From: an uncultured delta proteobacterium
GTDB taxonomy: Bacteria; Desulfobacterota; Desulfobacteria; Desulfobacterales; Desulfosalsimonadaceae
Reading direction: 5' to 3'
Length of the DNA stretch: 64,000 nucleotides
Assembly (NCBI GenBank): GCA_963826785.1
Contig: CAWGYD010000008.1
Coordinates: forward strand, 192,001 to 256,000
Shown one piece after another: positions 31,465 through 41,978 of this stretch. Both the position numbers and the translations under genes were made by a program. Under the pieces are notes generated by a model that had not been told where the DNA came from, did not search any database, and saw nothing but the letters and a program-made list of their open reading frames with translations. Position 1 is the first letter of the stretch, and each line of letters begins with the position of its first letter.

Positions 31465-32700
31465 ATGAATCTGTTTCAAGTGGTGTCCGGACTGGTGAGT
31501 CTGGCGGCGGTGCTGGCCTATCTGAATCACCGGCTGCTGAAGCTTCCCATCACCATCGGGCTGATGCTGGGGGCGCTGGTGATTTCCCTTGCCATCATCG
31601 GACTGGGAAAGGTGGGCATTCACTTCGAGTATGTGGCCAAGGAGGTGATCGGCAGCATCAATTTTGACGAAACCGTCCTTCAGGGGATGCTCAGCTTCCT
31701 GCTGTTTGCCGGTGCACTGCACATCAACCTCGATGACCTGTCCCGACAGAAATGGGTGATCCTCCTGCTGGCCACATTCGGTGTTCTGGCCTCAACCTTC
31801 ATGGTGGGGTATGCGAGCTGGCTGGTGCTGGGGCTGCTGGGTGTGGATATCCCCCTGATATACTGTCTCCTGTTCGGCGCACTGATTTCACCCACCGACC
31901 CCATTGCCGTGCTGGCCATCATCAAGACCGTGGGCGCGCCCAAGGACCTGGAGACCACCATTGCCGGCGAATCCCTGTTCAATGACGGCATCGCCGTGGT
32001 GGTATTTTTGACCATCCTCAATATCGCCGCCGGCGGGCATGATATCGGCTTCTCGCAGGTGGCGGCCCTTTTTGCCCGGGAAACCCTGGGGGGAATCGCT
32101 TTCGGCCTGGCCAGCGGGTACGTGGTCTTTCTCATGCTGCGCAGGATCGACAACTACCAGGTGGAAGTTCTGCTCACCCTGGCCCTGGTCATGGGCGGAT
32201 ATGCACTGGCCGGTGCGCTTCACCTGTCGGGCCCCATCGCCACGGTGGTGGCCGGGCTGCTCATCGGCAATCACGGGCGGATACTGGGCATGTCTGAAAA
32301 AACGCGGCAGAACCTGGATATGTTCTGGGAACTGGTGGATGAAATTTTAAACGCGGTGCTGTTCGTGCTCATCGGTCTTGAAATTCTGCTCATTCCCATG
32401 GACCCCAAACTGTTCTGGACCGGACTGGCCATGATTCCCACGGTTCTTGCGGCACGGTTTCTCTCGGTGTCCATTCCCATAACGGCGATGCGGTTTCGCC
32501 GCCGTTTTCCCCGCGGTGTCATCCCGATCCTCACCTGGACCGGGCTCCGGGGCGGAATTTCAGTGGCCCTGGCCCTGTCGCTTCCCGCAAGCGCCTCCCG
32601 GGACATCATCATCAGCATCACCTACATCATCGTTATTTTTTCCATTCTGGTCCAGGGCCTGACCTGCGGGAAGCTGATCCGGGCGCAAAGCCGGAAATGA
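31465..32700 (+). CDS. CPA1-family Na+/H+ antiporter (NhaP-like)
   Basis: LLFAGAL, ISPTDPIAV, GESLFNDG, GLRGGIS. Confidence 0.92.
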   Translation: MNLFQVVSGLVSLAAVLAYLNHRLLKLPITIGLMLGALVISLAIIGLGKVGIHFEYVAKEVIGSINFDETVLQGMLSFLLFAGALHINLDDLSRQKWVILLLATFGVLASTFMVGYASWLVLGLLGVDIPLIYCLLFGALISPTDPIAVLAIIKTVGAPKDLETTIAGESLFNDGIAVVVFLTILNIAAGGHDIGFSQVAALFARETLGGIAFGLASGYVVFLMLRRIDNYQVEVLLTLALVMGGYALAGALHLSGPIATVVAGLLIGNHGRILGMSEKTRQNLDMFWELVDEILNAVLFVLIGLEILLIPMDPKLFWTGLAMIPTVLAARFLSVSIPITAMRFRRRFPRGVIPILTWTGLRGGISVALALSLPASASRDIIISITYIIVIFSILVQGLTCGKLIRAQSRK

Positions 32701-32714
32701 TGTCTTTTTGTACG

Positions 32715-33096
32715 GACACCCCCCTGCCCCCCTCGAGGGGGGAATTGGTTTGGGGCATGCGCCTGAACAGACTACCTACCTCGTGACCATCCACAAATGG
32801 CTAATTTGCCCAATTTCTGCGTCAGGCTCAAATTTTAATCCTCAAAATACCTTGAGTATTCCTGCGGTTAAAATTTTCGCCTTCCTTGAACTCGAACAAA
32901 TTATCTCATTCGTGGATGGACACTACCTCGTATTATTTCCCATTACGGGGCTTCATTGACAATTGGCGATTGGCGATTGTTTTTTTTCGCATTTTTCAAT
33001 TGTGAATTGTGCATTTGTCTGATTTTCCAGGCTAATCAACGCTCATAGTGACAAGAGTTTACAATTCCCCCCTCGAGGGGGGCGAAGGGGGGTGTT
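32715..33096. repeat. Pair of inverted REP-like ends (32715-32746, 33063-33096) enclosing a MITE
   Basis: GACACCCCCTGCCCCCCTCGAGGGGGGAATT ... AATTCCCCCCTCGAGGGGGGCGAAGGGGGGTGTT. Confidence 0.7.
32783..32923. mobile_element. MITE (141 bp), 17-bp TIRs, 6-bp TSD TACCTC
   Basis: GTGACCATCCACAAATG vs reverse complement of right end GTGTCCATCCACGAATG (15/17); TACCTC at 32777-32782 and 32924-32929. Confidence 0.8.
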
Positions 33097-33142
33097 GAAG
33101 CTGTCGGGCGGGCGGATATCGACTGGCTTTTCTGGACCCAAA

Positions 33143-33733
33143 CTACAGAATATCAATGATCCTTCTCTGGAAACCGGTGAGCACCTCGGCGATATCGACG
33201 GCTTCCGGATCGAGGATAATTGAAAAAAGCGACATTCCTTCCAGGAAGGCCACAATGGCCATACTGATGCGGTTTGCCTGGGCCGGGTCCCGGGTCACCC
33301 GGATTAAAATGGCCGAGAGCACTTCCATCCATTCCGCATAGGCCCGCTGCAGCCGCTGCCGGACAACCGGATTGTAGGCGGCGATTTCCCAGATTTCGAT
33401 AAACACCTTCGACAGCTGCCGGTTGAGCGTGATCCGGTCATTCATGAAGTCAAAAAAAGACCCGATCAGCTGCTTTTCATCGATTTCATCCACGTCTTTG
33501 CCGTTGAGCCACTCTTCGAACATGGACCGGTAATGCAGGATCGCGTAATCGATATAATTGATCAGGATGTCTTCCTTGCTCTTGAAGTAATAATGGAGCA
33601 ATCCGTGGTTGACGCCCGCGACCCGGGCGATGTCCTTGATGGAGGTCTTGTTGAAGGGTTTTTCCTGGAGGCATTCGTTTAATGCATCCAGTATGCGGAT
33701 TCGTTTTTCTTCCTGACCATTGTTGCGGGCCAT
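33143..33733 (-). CDS. TetR/AcrR-family regulator
   Basis: TSIKDIARVAGVNHGLLHYYFKSKE. Confidence 0.92.
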   Translation of the reverse strand: MARNNGQEEKRIRILDALNECLQEKPFNKTSIKDIARVAGVNHGLLHYYFKSKEDILINYIDYAILHYRSMFEEWLNGKDVDEIDEKQLIGSFFDFMNDRITLNRQLSKVFIEIWEIAAYNPVVRQRLQRAYAEWMEVLSAILIRVTRDPAQANRISMAIVAFLEGMSLFSIILDPEAVDIAEVLTGFQRRIIDIL

Positions 33734-33854
33734 TTCTTTATCCCTTATATTTAAATTCTTTCGATTCTTCAGCAGGCATAAACCCGGGATTCCAGTTGAC
33801 CGGGCATGCAAAGGGACGGATCATCTCAAACTGAAACCGGATTGTAAAAATAAA

Positions 33855-33900
33855 TTGACAAAGCGTTCTGCTTTTCTTATTTAGTTAGTTAACTAACTAA
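33855..33900 (+). promoter_or_regulatory. Promoter with perfect 20-bp palindromic operator
   Basis: TTGACA at 33855; TTAGTTAGTTAACTAACTAA at 33881-33900, between the divergent tetR and oxidase genes. Confidence 0.7.
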
Positions 33901-33951
33901 TATCATCTTTTCAAATGCCCGTCAATCCCAATTTCCTTCAGGAGGTGCGCC

Positions 33952-35290
33952 ATGTCCGATTATCGACAGAAAAGCTGGTGGCTTGAATCCCTTCCCCGAG
34001 AAATCACCCCCAACCCGCCCCTGACCGGCCGCGAAAAGGCGGATGTGGTCATCATCGGCGGCGGATACACCGGACTTTCCACCGGATATCATTTAAAGCA
34101 GTTCAAGCCCGATATGGATGTCCGCCTGATCGAGTCCGATGTCTGCGGATACGGTGCCTCCGGCCGGAACGGCGGTTTCTCCATGACCCTGTTCGGACTG
34201 ACCAAGGGGATCACCAAGTTCCGGTTCAACGACGAAAAGGCGAGATCCGCGCACGTGTACATGGAAAATGCGGTGGATTATCTTCATGACGTCATCACCC
34301 AAAATCACATCGACTGTGATTACGAAAGGAGCGGCTACCTGCTGGTGGGGACCAGCCCCAGCCAGGTCAAGCGGGTGGAGCATGATTTTCACATCATGGA
34401 GAAATGGGGGCTCGGCGGGGTGGAGCGATGGGACCGGGCGCGGCTGGCCGAAGAGTTCAACACCGATTTTTACCAGCTGGGCTGGTTCGAGCCCCGCTGC
34501 GGCATCCTCAACCCCGCCCGGCTGGCCCGGGGCTTGAAAGAACCTGGCCGAAAACCAGGGGGTGATCGTTTACGAGAATTCCCCGGTGAAAAGCTTCGGC
34601 CGAAAAGGCGCCGCCGGGTCCGGATTCATCGTAAAGACCGAGACAGGCGAAATCCATGCGGAATACCTGGTGCTGGCCACCAATGCCTACTCCATCCTGT
34701 TTCCGGATTTAAAAAAGCTCCAGTATCCGGCATTCACCCACATTGTCATGTCTGATCCCCTGACAGACGCACAGTACGATTCCATCGGCTGGAAGAACCG
34801 GGCCGGCATCGAGGATGCCCGGGATCTGATCCATTATTACCGGCTCACTGCGGACAACCGCATCGTCATGGGCGGGGGGGACGTTTCCTTCGGCTACGGC
34901 GCAGACCTTGACAGGGACTTGAACGATGATATATTTGCCCACCTGAAGAAACATGTCACCGACGTTTTCCCGCAGCTGGAGGGGATCGGTTTTACTCACC
35001 AGTGGGGCGGCCCCGTTTCCGTGACCATGGACATGGCGCCGGTGATCGGGTATCTTGGATCGGATAAAAAGGCCGTTTTCTCCATGGGATGTATCGGCCA
35101 TGGCGTGTCCATGACCACCATGAACGGCCGCACCATCGCCGAGATGATCACCGGCCGGCAGACCGAACGCACGGAGATGTTCTTTGTGGGCCGCAAAATT
35201 TTCTCCTGGCCCCCCGAACTGATCACCTATGGCCTGGCCCACGCCATCCGGGGGTTTATGAAGATGGAAGACCGCTTTATTTACAAATAA
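33952..35290 (+). CDS. FAD-dependent oxidoreductase (DAO/PuuB-like); frameshift near 34545
   Basis: GGGYTGLS, GASGRNGG, WGGPV, GHGV; ORFs 33952-34755 and 34562-35290. Confidence 0.85.
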
Positions 35291-35304
35291 GGAAGCATCG
35301 ATCC

Positions 35305-36273
35305 ATGATTATCGATATACACACCCATTTGGGAGATATTTTAAACCCCGGCGGTGGAAAGCTCATCGATCAGACCGGCGTCCGGAAGAAAATTCTCTAT
35401 GACGTGATTTCCAATTCCGAACTGCTGCTGCACAGCGGCTTTCCCAGGCTGATCGAAGAACAGATCTACTATAAACTCTATCCGCTGGTGACCCGGGCAT
35501 CCCGGGCCCGGAATGCCACCGCCACCCTTGAGAACATGCGGACATCCCTAGATGAGGCGGAGGTGACTTTTTCCGCCTGCATGCCCATCCCGCCCTACTT
35601 GACCTTTGCGGATCTGAAAGCCGCACGGGAGAAAGAACCCCGCATCATTGCTTTCACGGGGATCGATTACACCGCTGACTACGATATCGAATCCGCGTTG
35701 AGCGATGATGTCGCAAACGGCGCCCGCGGACTGAAGCTGCACCCCATCATTCAAAAAATGCCCCTAAACAGTGAAAAAACCTTCGAGGCCGTGGAAGCGT
35801 TTGCCGTTTATGGGCTGCCGGTGCTGTTTCACTGCGGGGTCTCCTCCTATTATCTCGAGCCGGAAAAACAGGCCCGGGAAGATGCAAGCCTGGGCGAAAT
35901 TCATTATGCCCGGGAACTGGTGGCGGCCTTTCCGGATGTGACCTTTATCGCCGGACATGCCGGGTTGTTTAAATATCGGGATGTGATCAAGATGCTCAGC
36001 CCCTATAAAAACGTCATGGTGGACACATCCGTTCAGTCCCCGGCCCACGTGCAGTTACTGATCAAAGCCTTCGGTCCGGATCGGGTGCTGTACGGTTCGG
36101 ACTGGCCCTACGGCAACCGGCTGCCGGCCATCAAGATCATCAAAAAAGCCTGCAAAGGGGATGCGTCTCTGGAAAAAATGATATTTTTCGATAACGCCGC
36201 TTCCATTCTGGGGCCGGAATATGTCAATGAGGCTTTAGCAGAAGTCAACGCACATACGGCGGCTCGCAGCTGA
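35305..36273 (+). CDS. Amidohydrolase-2 family protein
   Basis: IIDIHTH, GLKLHP, VLFHCG, GHAG, YGSDWP. Confidence 0.88.
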   Translation: MIIDIHTHLGDILNPGGGKLIDQTGVRKKILYDVISNSELLLHSGFPRLIEEQIYYKLYPLVTRASRARNATATLENMRTSLDEAEVTFSACMPIPPYLTFADLKAAREKEPRIIAFTGIDYTADYDIESALSDDVANGARGLKLHPIIQKMPLNSEKTFEAVEAFAVYGLPVLFHCGVSSYYLEPEKQAREDASLGEIHYARELVAAFPDVTFIAGHAGLFKYRDVIKMLSPYKNVMVDTSVQSPAHVQLLIKAFGPDRVLYGSDWPYGNRLPAIKIIKKACKGDASLEKMIFFDNAASILGPEYVNEALAEVNAHTAARS

Positions 36274-36289
36274 CCAGCCGCCCGGGGCT

Positions 36290-37597
36290 TTACCGCCGGG
36301 TGTCGGACCGGGTGATGCCGGCCCGGGGGAACAGGACAAACACCAGCACCACCTGGATGGCGAGTCCGATCATCACCAGTATCATGCCGGACAGGTATGC
36401 GGACCGGTAGGCCATCACTTCCCCGGATCCCCGGCTGAGCATGAAATCCACAATGGGCCCTGAAATCAGGGTGCCGGCCAGGCCCCAGGAGAGAAACAGG
36501 GTGGCGTTGAACAGACCGAACAGCTGGCCCCGGCGCTCGGGGGGGATCAGGATGGAAGCCAGGGCATAGGAGGCCGCCAGGATAATCACATCGGCCGCAC
36601 CCCAGAACAGGCTTCCCACGAAAATCAGCGTCAGATGAGTGGCAAAGGCGTACAGGAGCAGATAAATCATCGCCATCAGACCGCCCAGGCACACCGCACG
36701 GCCGTTGCCCATCCACCTGCCGATCCTTCCGGCCAGCAGTCCGAACACGATCAGTGCAGCAGACGAAGTATTGAAAATGTAGCTCAGCATCCGGCTGGAG
36801 ACCCCGAAACCCGAATCCAGCACCAGGTACTGGGACTGGATGATCATGACGCCGTTTCGTCCGAAATTGATAAAGACCATGGCCGCCAGGAACACCCAGT
36901 ACAGGCGCAGGGAAGCGGCCTGGCACGCGGCATCGCAATCCCGGCGGTCCATCTCTTCCGCCCGCACCCCGCCTTCGGGAAGATAGCGGATGGGGATGAT
37001 GGAGACCAGCATGACCGCGGCGGCGATGAAAAACAGGATGCCCGAGTGAAACCCCCAGCCCTCGTACATCTTCCCCATCCCGTCATAGAGCAGCCCCCCG
37101 ATCCAGATGCCCGCCAGCCGCCCCAGACCGCCGATGGACGTCAGATACCCCATGACCGTGTTCCGCCGCGCTTCGGGAAACACATCGGATATCATGGCGC
37201 TCCAGCCGATATTGCTCATGGACCAGAACACTTCCGTTACCGACAATCCGATGATAATCGAAAACCCGGACAGATGCGGGCTTTTGATCAGCACATGGAC
37301 AAACCAGATCAACACCGTCCCGATGGCCCCTGAAATCTCCCCCCACAGGATCAGCGTCCGCCGCAGCTGCTTCCGGTCGGAAAACCGCCCCCAGATGAGA
37401 TTCTGGGCGGCAATGTTGCAAATCATGGGAAGGGTGGCGAACAGGGTGGTTTCGGTGACCGAAAGCCCCAGGAAATATCGCAGATATATGGACAGATAGG
37501 CATAGAACAGGCCCCGCCGGAACATGGCCAGGGCCTGAAAAGAGCCGATCCCCCACAGGACTTTGGTGGCGGGGAGGATAAAGGGTCGGGGTGTCAT
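36290..37597 (-). CDS. MFS transporter
   Basis: 12-TM pattern, WGRFSDRKQLRR motif A; start overlaps the upstream stop. Confidence 0.85.
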   Translation of the reverse strand: MTPRPFILPATKVLWGIGSFQALAMFRRGLFYAYLSIYLRYFLGLSVTETTLFATLPMICNIAAQNLIWGRFSDRKQLRRTLILWGEISGAIGTVLIWFVHVLIKSPHLSGFSIIIGLSVTEVFWSMSNIGWSAMISDVFPEARRNTVMGYLTSIGGLGRLAGIWIGGLLYDGMGKMYEGWGFHSGILFFIAAAVMLVSIIPIRYLPEGGVRAEEMDRRDCDAACQAASLRLYWVFLAAMVFINFGRNGVMIIQSQYLVLDSGFGVSSRMLSYIFNTSSAALIVFGLLAGRIGRWMGNGRAVCLGGLMAMIYLLLYAFATHLTLIFVGSLFWGAADVIILAASYALASILIPPERRGQLFGLFNATLFLSWGLAGTLISGPIVDFMLSRGSGEVMAYRSAYLSGMILVMIGLAIQVVLVFVLFPRAGITRSDTRR

Positions 37598-38748
37598 TTG
37601 ACCGTCACGGTTTCCGGTAATCGCCGGGTCAGGATGTCGGCGGCTTCTTCCACCATTTCGGCCACAATCTGCGCGGCCGGTTTGATTTCGCTGATCATGC
37701 CGGCCACCTGCCCGGAGAACGGGCCGATATATTCCTCGTGGTTGGCCCGGCTGAACATCTCCACCATGGCCGAGGCCAGCATCACCTGGACCGGGAAAGG
37801 CAGCGGCTCCAGGCCCGATTTGTCCCACAGGTCATGAAACTGGTTGTAGATGGCCCGGGAGGTCTTCCCGGTGTACAGATAGGTCCTGCGGGTATCTTCA
37901 TCCGTTGCCTTTAAAATCGCCTTTTTCTGGACATCCATGGCGCCGCCCTCATTGGAGGCGAGGAATCGGGTTCCCACCCACACCCCGGCGCAGCCGATGG
38001 CCAGTGCAGCGGCCAGACCCCGGCCGTCTCCGATGCCGCCGGCGGCCAGGACCGGCACCGGCGTGGCCGCATCCACCGCCTGGGGCCACAGGGCCACGGA
38101 GCCGACCCGGCCGGTATGCCCGCCGCCCTCGTACCCCTGGGCCACCACCAGGTCCACCCCGGACCGGGCAATCCGCCGAACGTTCTTGGTGTTGCCGGCA
38201 ATTCCCAATACTTTCATGCCCGCCGCATGGGCTTCATCCACCATGAACCCGGGATTGCCCAGACCCGAACAGAACAGGGGCACCTTGTGCTCGATGCACG
38301 CTTTCACCGCGGCATGGGGCCGCATGGTGGTAATCTTTAAGCCCACCATCAAGTCGATGTCCGGCAGCCCCATCTCCTCCTTTGTCTTCATCATCCATTC
38401 GTAATGGGCTTTGGGGAGCGTTTTTAACAGATCGGCAAGGGGCATCTCGTCCGGGCCGTCGGCCGACGCATCGCCTGCGCTCACGATCTGTTCCGGCAGA
38501 AGCAGGTCCACGCCGAAGGGCTTGTCCGTGAGCTTCCGGATTTCCCGGATGGCATCGACGGTTTCGTCCACCGAGTATCCGGCAGCGCCCAGCACGCCCA
38601 GCCCCCCGGCTTCGGAAACGGCCACCACCAGTTCCACCGGCGCCCCGGTCTTCTCCCCCACCAGGCTCGGCCCCATCCCCGCACTCAGGATCGGATATTC
38701 GATCCCCAGCATGTCGCACAGCTTTGTCTTCAGTGTTCGTTTGCCCAT
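37594..38748 (-). CDS. Nitronate monooxygenase / FabK-like flavoenzyme
   Basis: AVSEAGGLG, EGGGH, AAGGIGDGRG, VGTRF. Confidence 0.9.
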   Translation of the reverse strand: MGKRTLKTKLCDMLGIEYPILSAGMGPSLVGEKTGAPVELVVAVSEAGGLGVLGAAGYSVDETVDAIREIRKLTDKPFGVDLLLPEQIVSAGDASADGPDEMPLADLLKTLPKAHYEWMMKTKEEMGLPDIDLMVGLKITTMRPHAAVKACIEHKVPLFCSGLGNPGFMVDEAHAAGMKVLGIAGNTKNVRRIARSGVDLVVAQGYEGGGHTGRVGSVALWPQAVDAATPVPVLAAGGIGDGRGLAAALAIGCAGVWVGTRFLASNEGGAMDVQKKAILKATDEDTRRTYLYTGKTSRAIYNQFHDLWDKSGLEPLPFPVQVMLASAMVEMFSRANHEEYIGPFSGQVAGMISEIKPAAQIVAEMVEEAADILTRRLPETVTVK

Positions 38749-38893
38749 GGGGCCCCTCCCTCGATACTCAAAAAGAATGATTGTTTATCCGCCGGATATG
38801 GGCGGCATGGTAAAAGCGGCCGGCTGCCGGTGAGCCCCCTGCCCTTCAGGGGGATTGGACCGCCGCGGCTTTCTCCGTACAGAATGTTTGAAA

Positions 38894-39154
38894 TCATCGA
38901 ATCCTTCTGACACGGCGGATCACCAGCCGGCTTTTCGGAATCGCCGGCATGCGGGATTGCCTGACCCTCAAATCCTGTTCGGGTATATCATAGGTCATCG
39001 AACGCGTCAGGCGTTTTACCCCGGTTTTCATTAACGCGATGGTGATCCACTCCCCTTCAATGAAACGATAGCCGTCCAAAAGGAAAAAAAGAGTGCTCTC
39101 CGGGCTGTTGTCCCGGGGCATGAAAGCCATAACGTCCCCCGTGAATGGATTCAA
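38894..39154 (-). pseudogene. Internally deleted remnant of a CYP152-type cytochrome P450 (fatty-acid peroxygenase)
   Basis: N-terminal MPRD..ESTL..LLDGYRFI joined directly to C-terminal GEWITI..YDIPEQDL...RMPAIPKS. Confidence 0.65.
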
Positions 39155-39169
39155 CCAAATGGCGGGGCC

Positions 39170-39379
39170 CTAATCGACTGCGATCATCACGCTGGAGGCC
39201 TTGACCATGGCGTACACCTCCTTGCCGATTTCCAGCCCCAGCCGCTTGGCCGAGTTGATGGTGATGATGGATACCACTTTCTGGCCGTCGGGAAGCTCGA
39301 TTTCGATTTCCGAATTCACCGCGCCGGTGGTGATGCTGGCAATTTTCCCCCTGAGCATGTTCCGTGCACTGGTTTTCAT
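39170..39379 (-). CDS. mop: Molybdenum-pterin-binding protein (Mop/TOBE)
   Basis: SARN.L.G, SIIT..S..RLGL, A.VKASSV. Confidence 0.92.
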   Translation of the reverse strand: MKTSARNMLRGKIASITTGAVNSEIEIELPDGQKVVSIITINSAKRLGLEIGKEVYAMVKASSVMIAVD

Positions 39380-39567
39380 GAATCCCCTCCTTTCATTATT
39401 GTCGTTAGGTTATGGTAAAAAATGGTTTAGTTTTATCGAAATTGCAAACCCGAAAAAAAAGCGGCATCCCATCAGGTGATTTCCGAAACCGAATGCCGCT
39501 TGGTTCGATAACCCCGGGCGTTATGGTCCGGCAGGACATGATTCGACAGTTGCCGCTGACACCCGGA

Positions 39568-40809
39568 TCATCCGGACAGGATGTCATAATATACTTCCTG
39601 CACCCTGCCAAATGTCTTCGCCCAGGAAAAAGTCGCCATTTTATCTTCAACTGCCGATAAATCGATCTGCGGGTATCGGCAGGCGGCCTCCATTTGCGCC
39701 AGCAGCGCCTGCTTCAGATCCAGCGCAAACCGCTGCTCATCCTGCTCATAGGGCTGATCCACACGCCGAAGCCGCGGCATTTGAACCCATTGGACATAAT
39801 CGGTTTTGACATCGCCGAGAATTTCGATGATCCCGGGCAGGGCCGTGGCCACGATCCGGCATCCGGAAGCAAGCCCCTCCAGCACGACCAGGGGGAGACC
39901 TTCGTAAAAAGAAGGCAGCACGAATATGTGAGACTGCTTCATGATGGCCGCCAGCTCCGGCTGGGACAATGCGCCGTGGATGATCACCCGGCCGCCCAGC
40001 TGCCCGGCAAGCGCCAGGCAGTCGGCTTTTTCCTCCCCGCTGCCGCCCCCCACCAGGTGAAGCTGCCAGGCGGGCGAATCGATTTCAGACAATGCCCGCA
40101 ACAGCCAGGGCACACCCTTGGCCCTGCTCAGCTTGCCGGCATAGGTCAGCTGCACCGGTGCCGGCGCCGGCTTTGTACCCATGGAAAAAAGGACATCATT
40201 GTAACCTGCGCCCACGGTAAAAACAGCTTCCGGCGAAAAGCCGTAAAGCCTGACGATTTCTTCTTTCTGCTCCCGGCTCAATGCCATGACGGCATCGAGG
40301 CCTCGGCATCCGCTCAGCACCAGGTCCCGGAGATGCGGGCAGTTCCGGAACTGGCGCAGGTCCGAACCGTGGCAGGTGGCGGCCATGGGAATTTCGGGAA
40401 ACAACCGCCGGGCCAGGGAACTGACCACCCACAGATGATGGCTGTGGATGATATCGGGTTCAAATGCCGCCACCGCTTTCTTGAGCACCCGGTCGAAGGC
40501 CGTTTCATATTCCCGGAGTTCTTTTTCGGAAAGGTCGCAGAACCGTCCGCTGGAATAAGGCATGACATCGCTCATGCCGATGATGGGATAGGAAACATCG
40601 GCATGATGAAATTTCACGAACCGGCATTGGTCCTTTTCAATGCAGTCCAGTTCGGCGGCCCAGTCCGACTGAATGCCGGCCACCAGAAAATTTTGATGGC
40701 CGCATGCCGCCGCCTCCCTGAGCATGGCCTGGACATAAATGCCGGAGCCGGTGGAATCCGGCCGCTGGCTGAGCAAATGAAGTATCTTTAATTTTCGTTT
40801 ACGGTTCAC
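39568..40809 (-). CDS. Glycosyltransferase family 4
   Basis: HSHHLW, YAGKLSRAKG, LPSFYEGLPLVVLEGLASG. Confidence 0.9.
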   Translation of the reverse strand: MNRKRKLKILHLLSQRPDSTGSGIYVQAMLREAAACGHQNFLVAGIQSDWAAELDCIEKDQCRFVKFHHADVSYPIIGMSDVMPYSSGRFCDLSEKELREYETAFDRVLKKAVAAFEPDIIHSHHLWVVSSLARRLFPEIPMAATCHGSDLRQFRNCPHLRDLVLSGCRGLDAVMALSREQKEEIVRLYGFSPEAVFTVGAGYNDVLFSMGTKPAPAPVQLTYAGKLSRAKGVPWLLRALSEIDSPAWQLHLVGGGSGEEKADCLALAGQLGGRVIIHGALSQPELAAIMKQSHIFVLPSFYEGLPLVVLEGLASGCRIVATALPGIIEILGDVKTDYVQWVQMPRLRRVDQPYEQDEQRFALDLKQALLAQMEAACRYPQIDLSAVEDKMATFSWAKTFGRVQEVYYDILSG

Positions 40810-41139
40810 TCTATTCGGCCTGCATACTTTCAGCAGATAAAGCCGAAAGCCCTGATTCATCTCACATGATAAGGTTAAAAAATCCGGAAATTCCCTCACT
40901 TCGGCCAATTTTTCAGATCAGGAAAATGCGCGGCTTATATGGGTCACCATATATGAACCCATGAACATTTGGCAAGCCATCGAAAAACATTTTCATGCCA
41001 GAATCATTTAAATCCAGGGAGCTTATCAATTTATATCATCAAAAATTTGACTCCTGTCACTCATATCACTAGATTATCATAATCTCAGATTCAGCTTTTA
41101 TAATGCTCTTAATATCATAAACCGGCCAGGAGGTGTGTA

Positions 41140-41679
41140 ATGCCGAAATCCCAGAAGCGTGTGCCTGAAATGATCGTGGATGTGCTTAGAAGCGGAAAGG
41201 AAATGGAGTTATCCGAAATCGCCGAATCCGTTTCAAAAATGTCCGACGCGGAAGTCAAATTTTCAAATATCGCCAATCATATGACCCGACTTTTCCACAA
41301 GACCGAAATCGGAAATTTCATCATCCGAAAACGGCCCCGGGACCGGTATGTCTACGCTCTGGCCAAGGGCGCACTCGGGCTGAATCCACAGCAGATTTAT
41401 GACCTGGTATGCGGGGTCGGAAAAAACAAACCGGCATTGCAAAAAGCCTTGAGGGCCAAACCGTCCCTGAAAAGATATCTCAAGGGCCAGGAGAATATGA
41501 TGAAGGCGGAAGCACCCGGGGCCAAAATGAAGGAACCGGCGAAGAAAAAAATGCATGCTGCCGAAGTGCTGACACCGGAAAAAAAGAATGGATCCGATTC
41601 CAACGGCTTGAACATCAACCTGCATGTAACGGTCCGTTTTCAGCCGGCCAGCCGGGAAAGCGCCTCCTTGCAGGGATAA
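41140..41679 (+). CDS. Hypothetical basic protein, possible N-terminal winged helix
   Basis: Strong RBS AGGAGG; MELSEIAESVS pattern. Confidence 0.55.
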   Translation: MPKSQKRVPEMIVDVLRSGKEMELSEIAESVSKMSDAEVKFSNIANHMTRLFHKTEIGNFIIRKRPRDRYVYALAKGALGLNPQQIYDLVCGVGKNKPALQKALRAKPSLKRYLKGQENMMKAEAPGAKMKEPAKKKMHAAEVLTPEKKNGSDSNGLNINLHVTVRFQPASRESASLQG

Positions 41680-41978
41680 ACGCCCGGCGGATGCGCCCGT
41701 TCAGAAAGAAAACAACGCCTGTAAATGGCGATGCAGCTTTTTTTGTCCATACTCTGGCGGGCGCCGCCCGGCGCTCATGCTTTTCCGGCGCAGCAATAAT
41801 CTCTATCCCCGATTTTAAGAACCGGCCGCGGTGATTGACGGATCGGTTTCCCGCAGTTACTGTTTCGATTATATGCCTTGAAAGAATTTACTGCGAAATC
41901 CGAATGCATCCTTTTTTTCTGTTCCTTATAAAGATGCGCAGCGCGGTGGTGCACGATTATACAAAAGGGAGAATTTAC

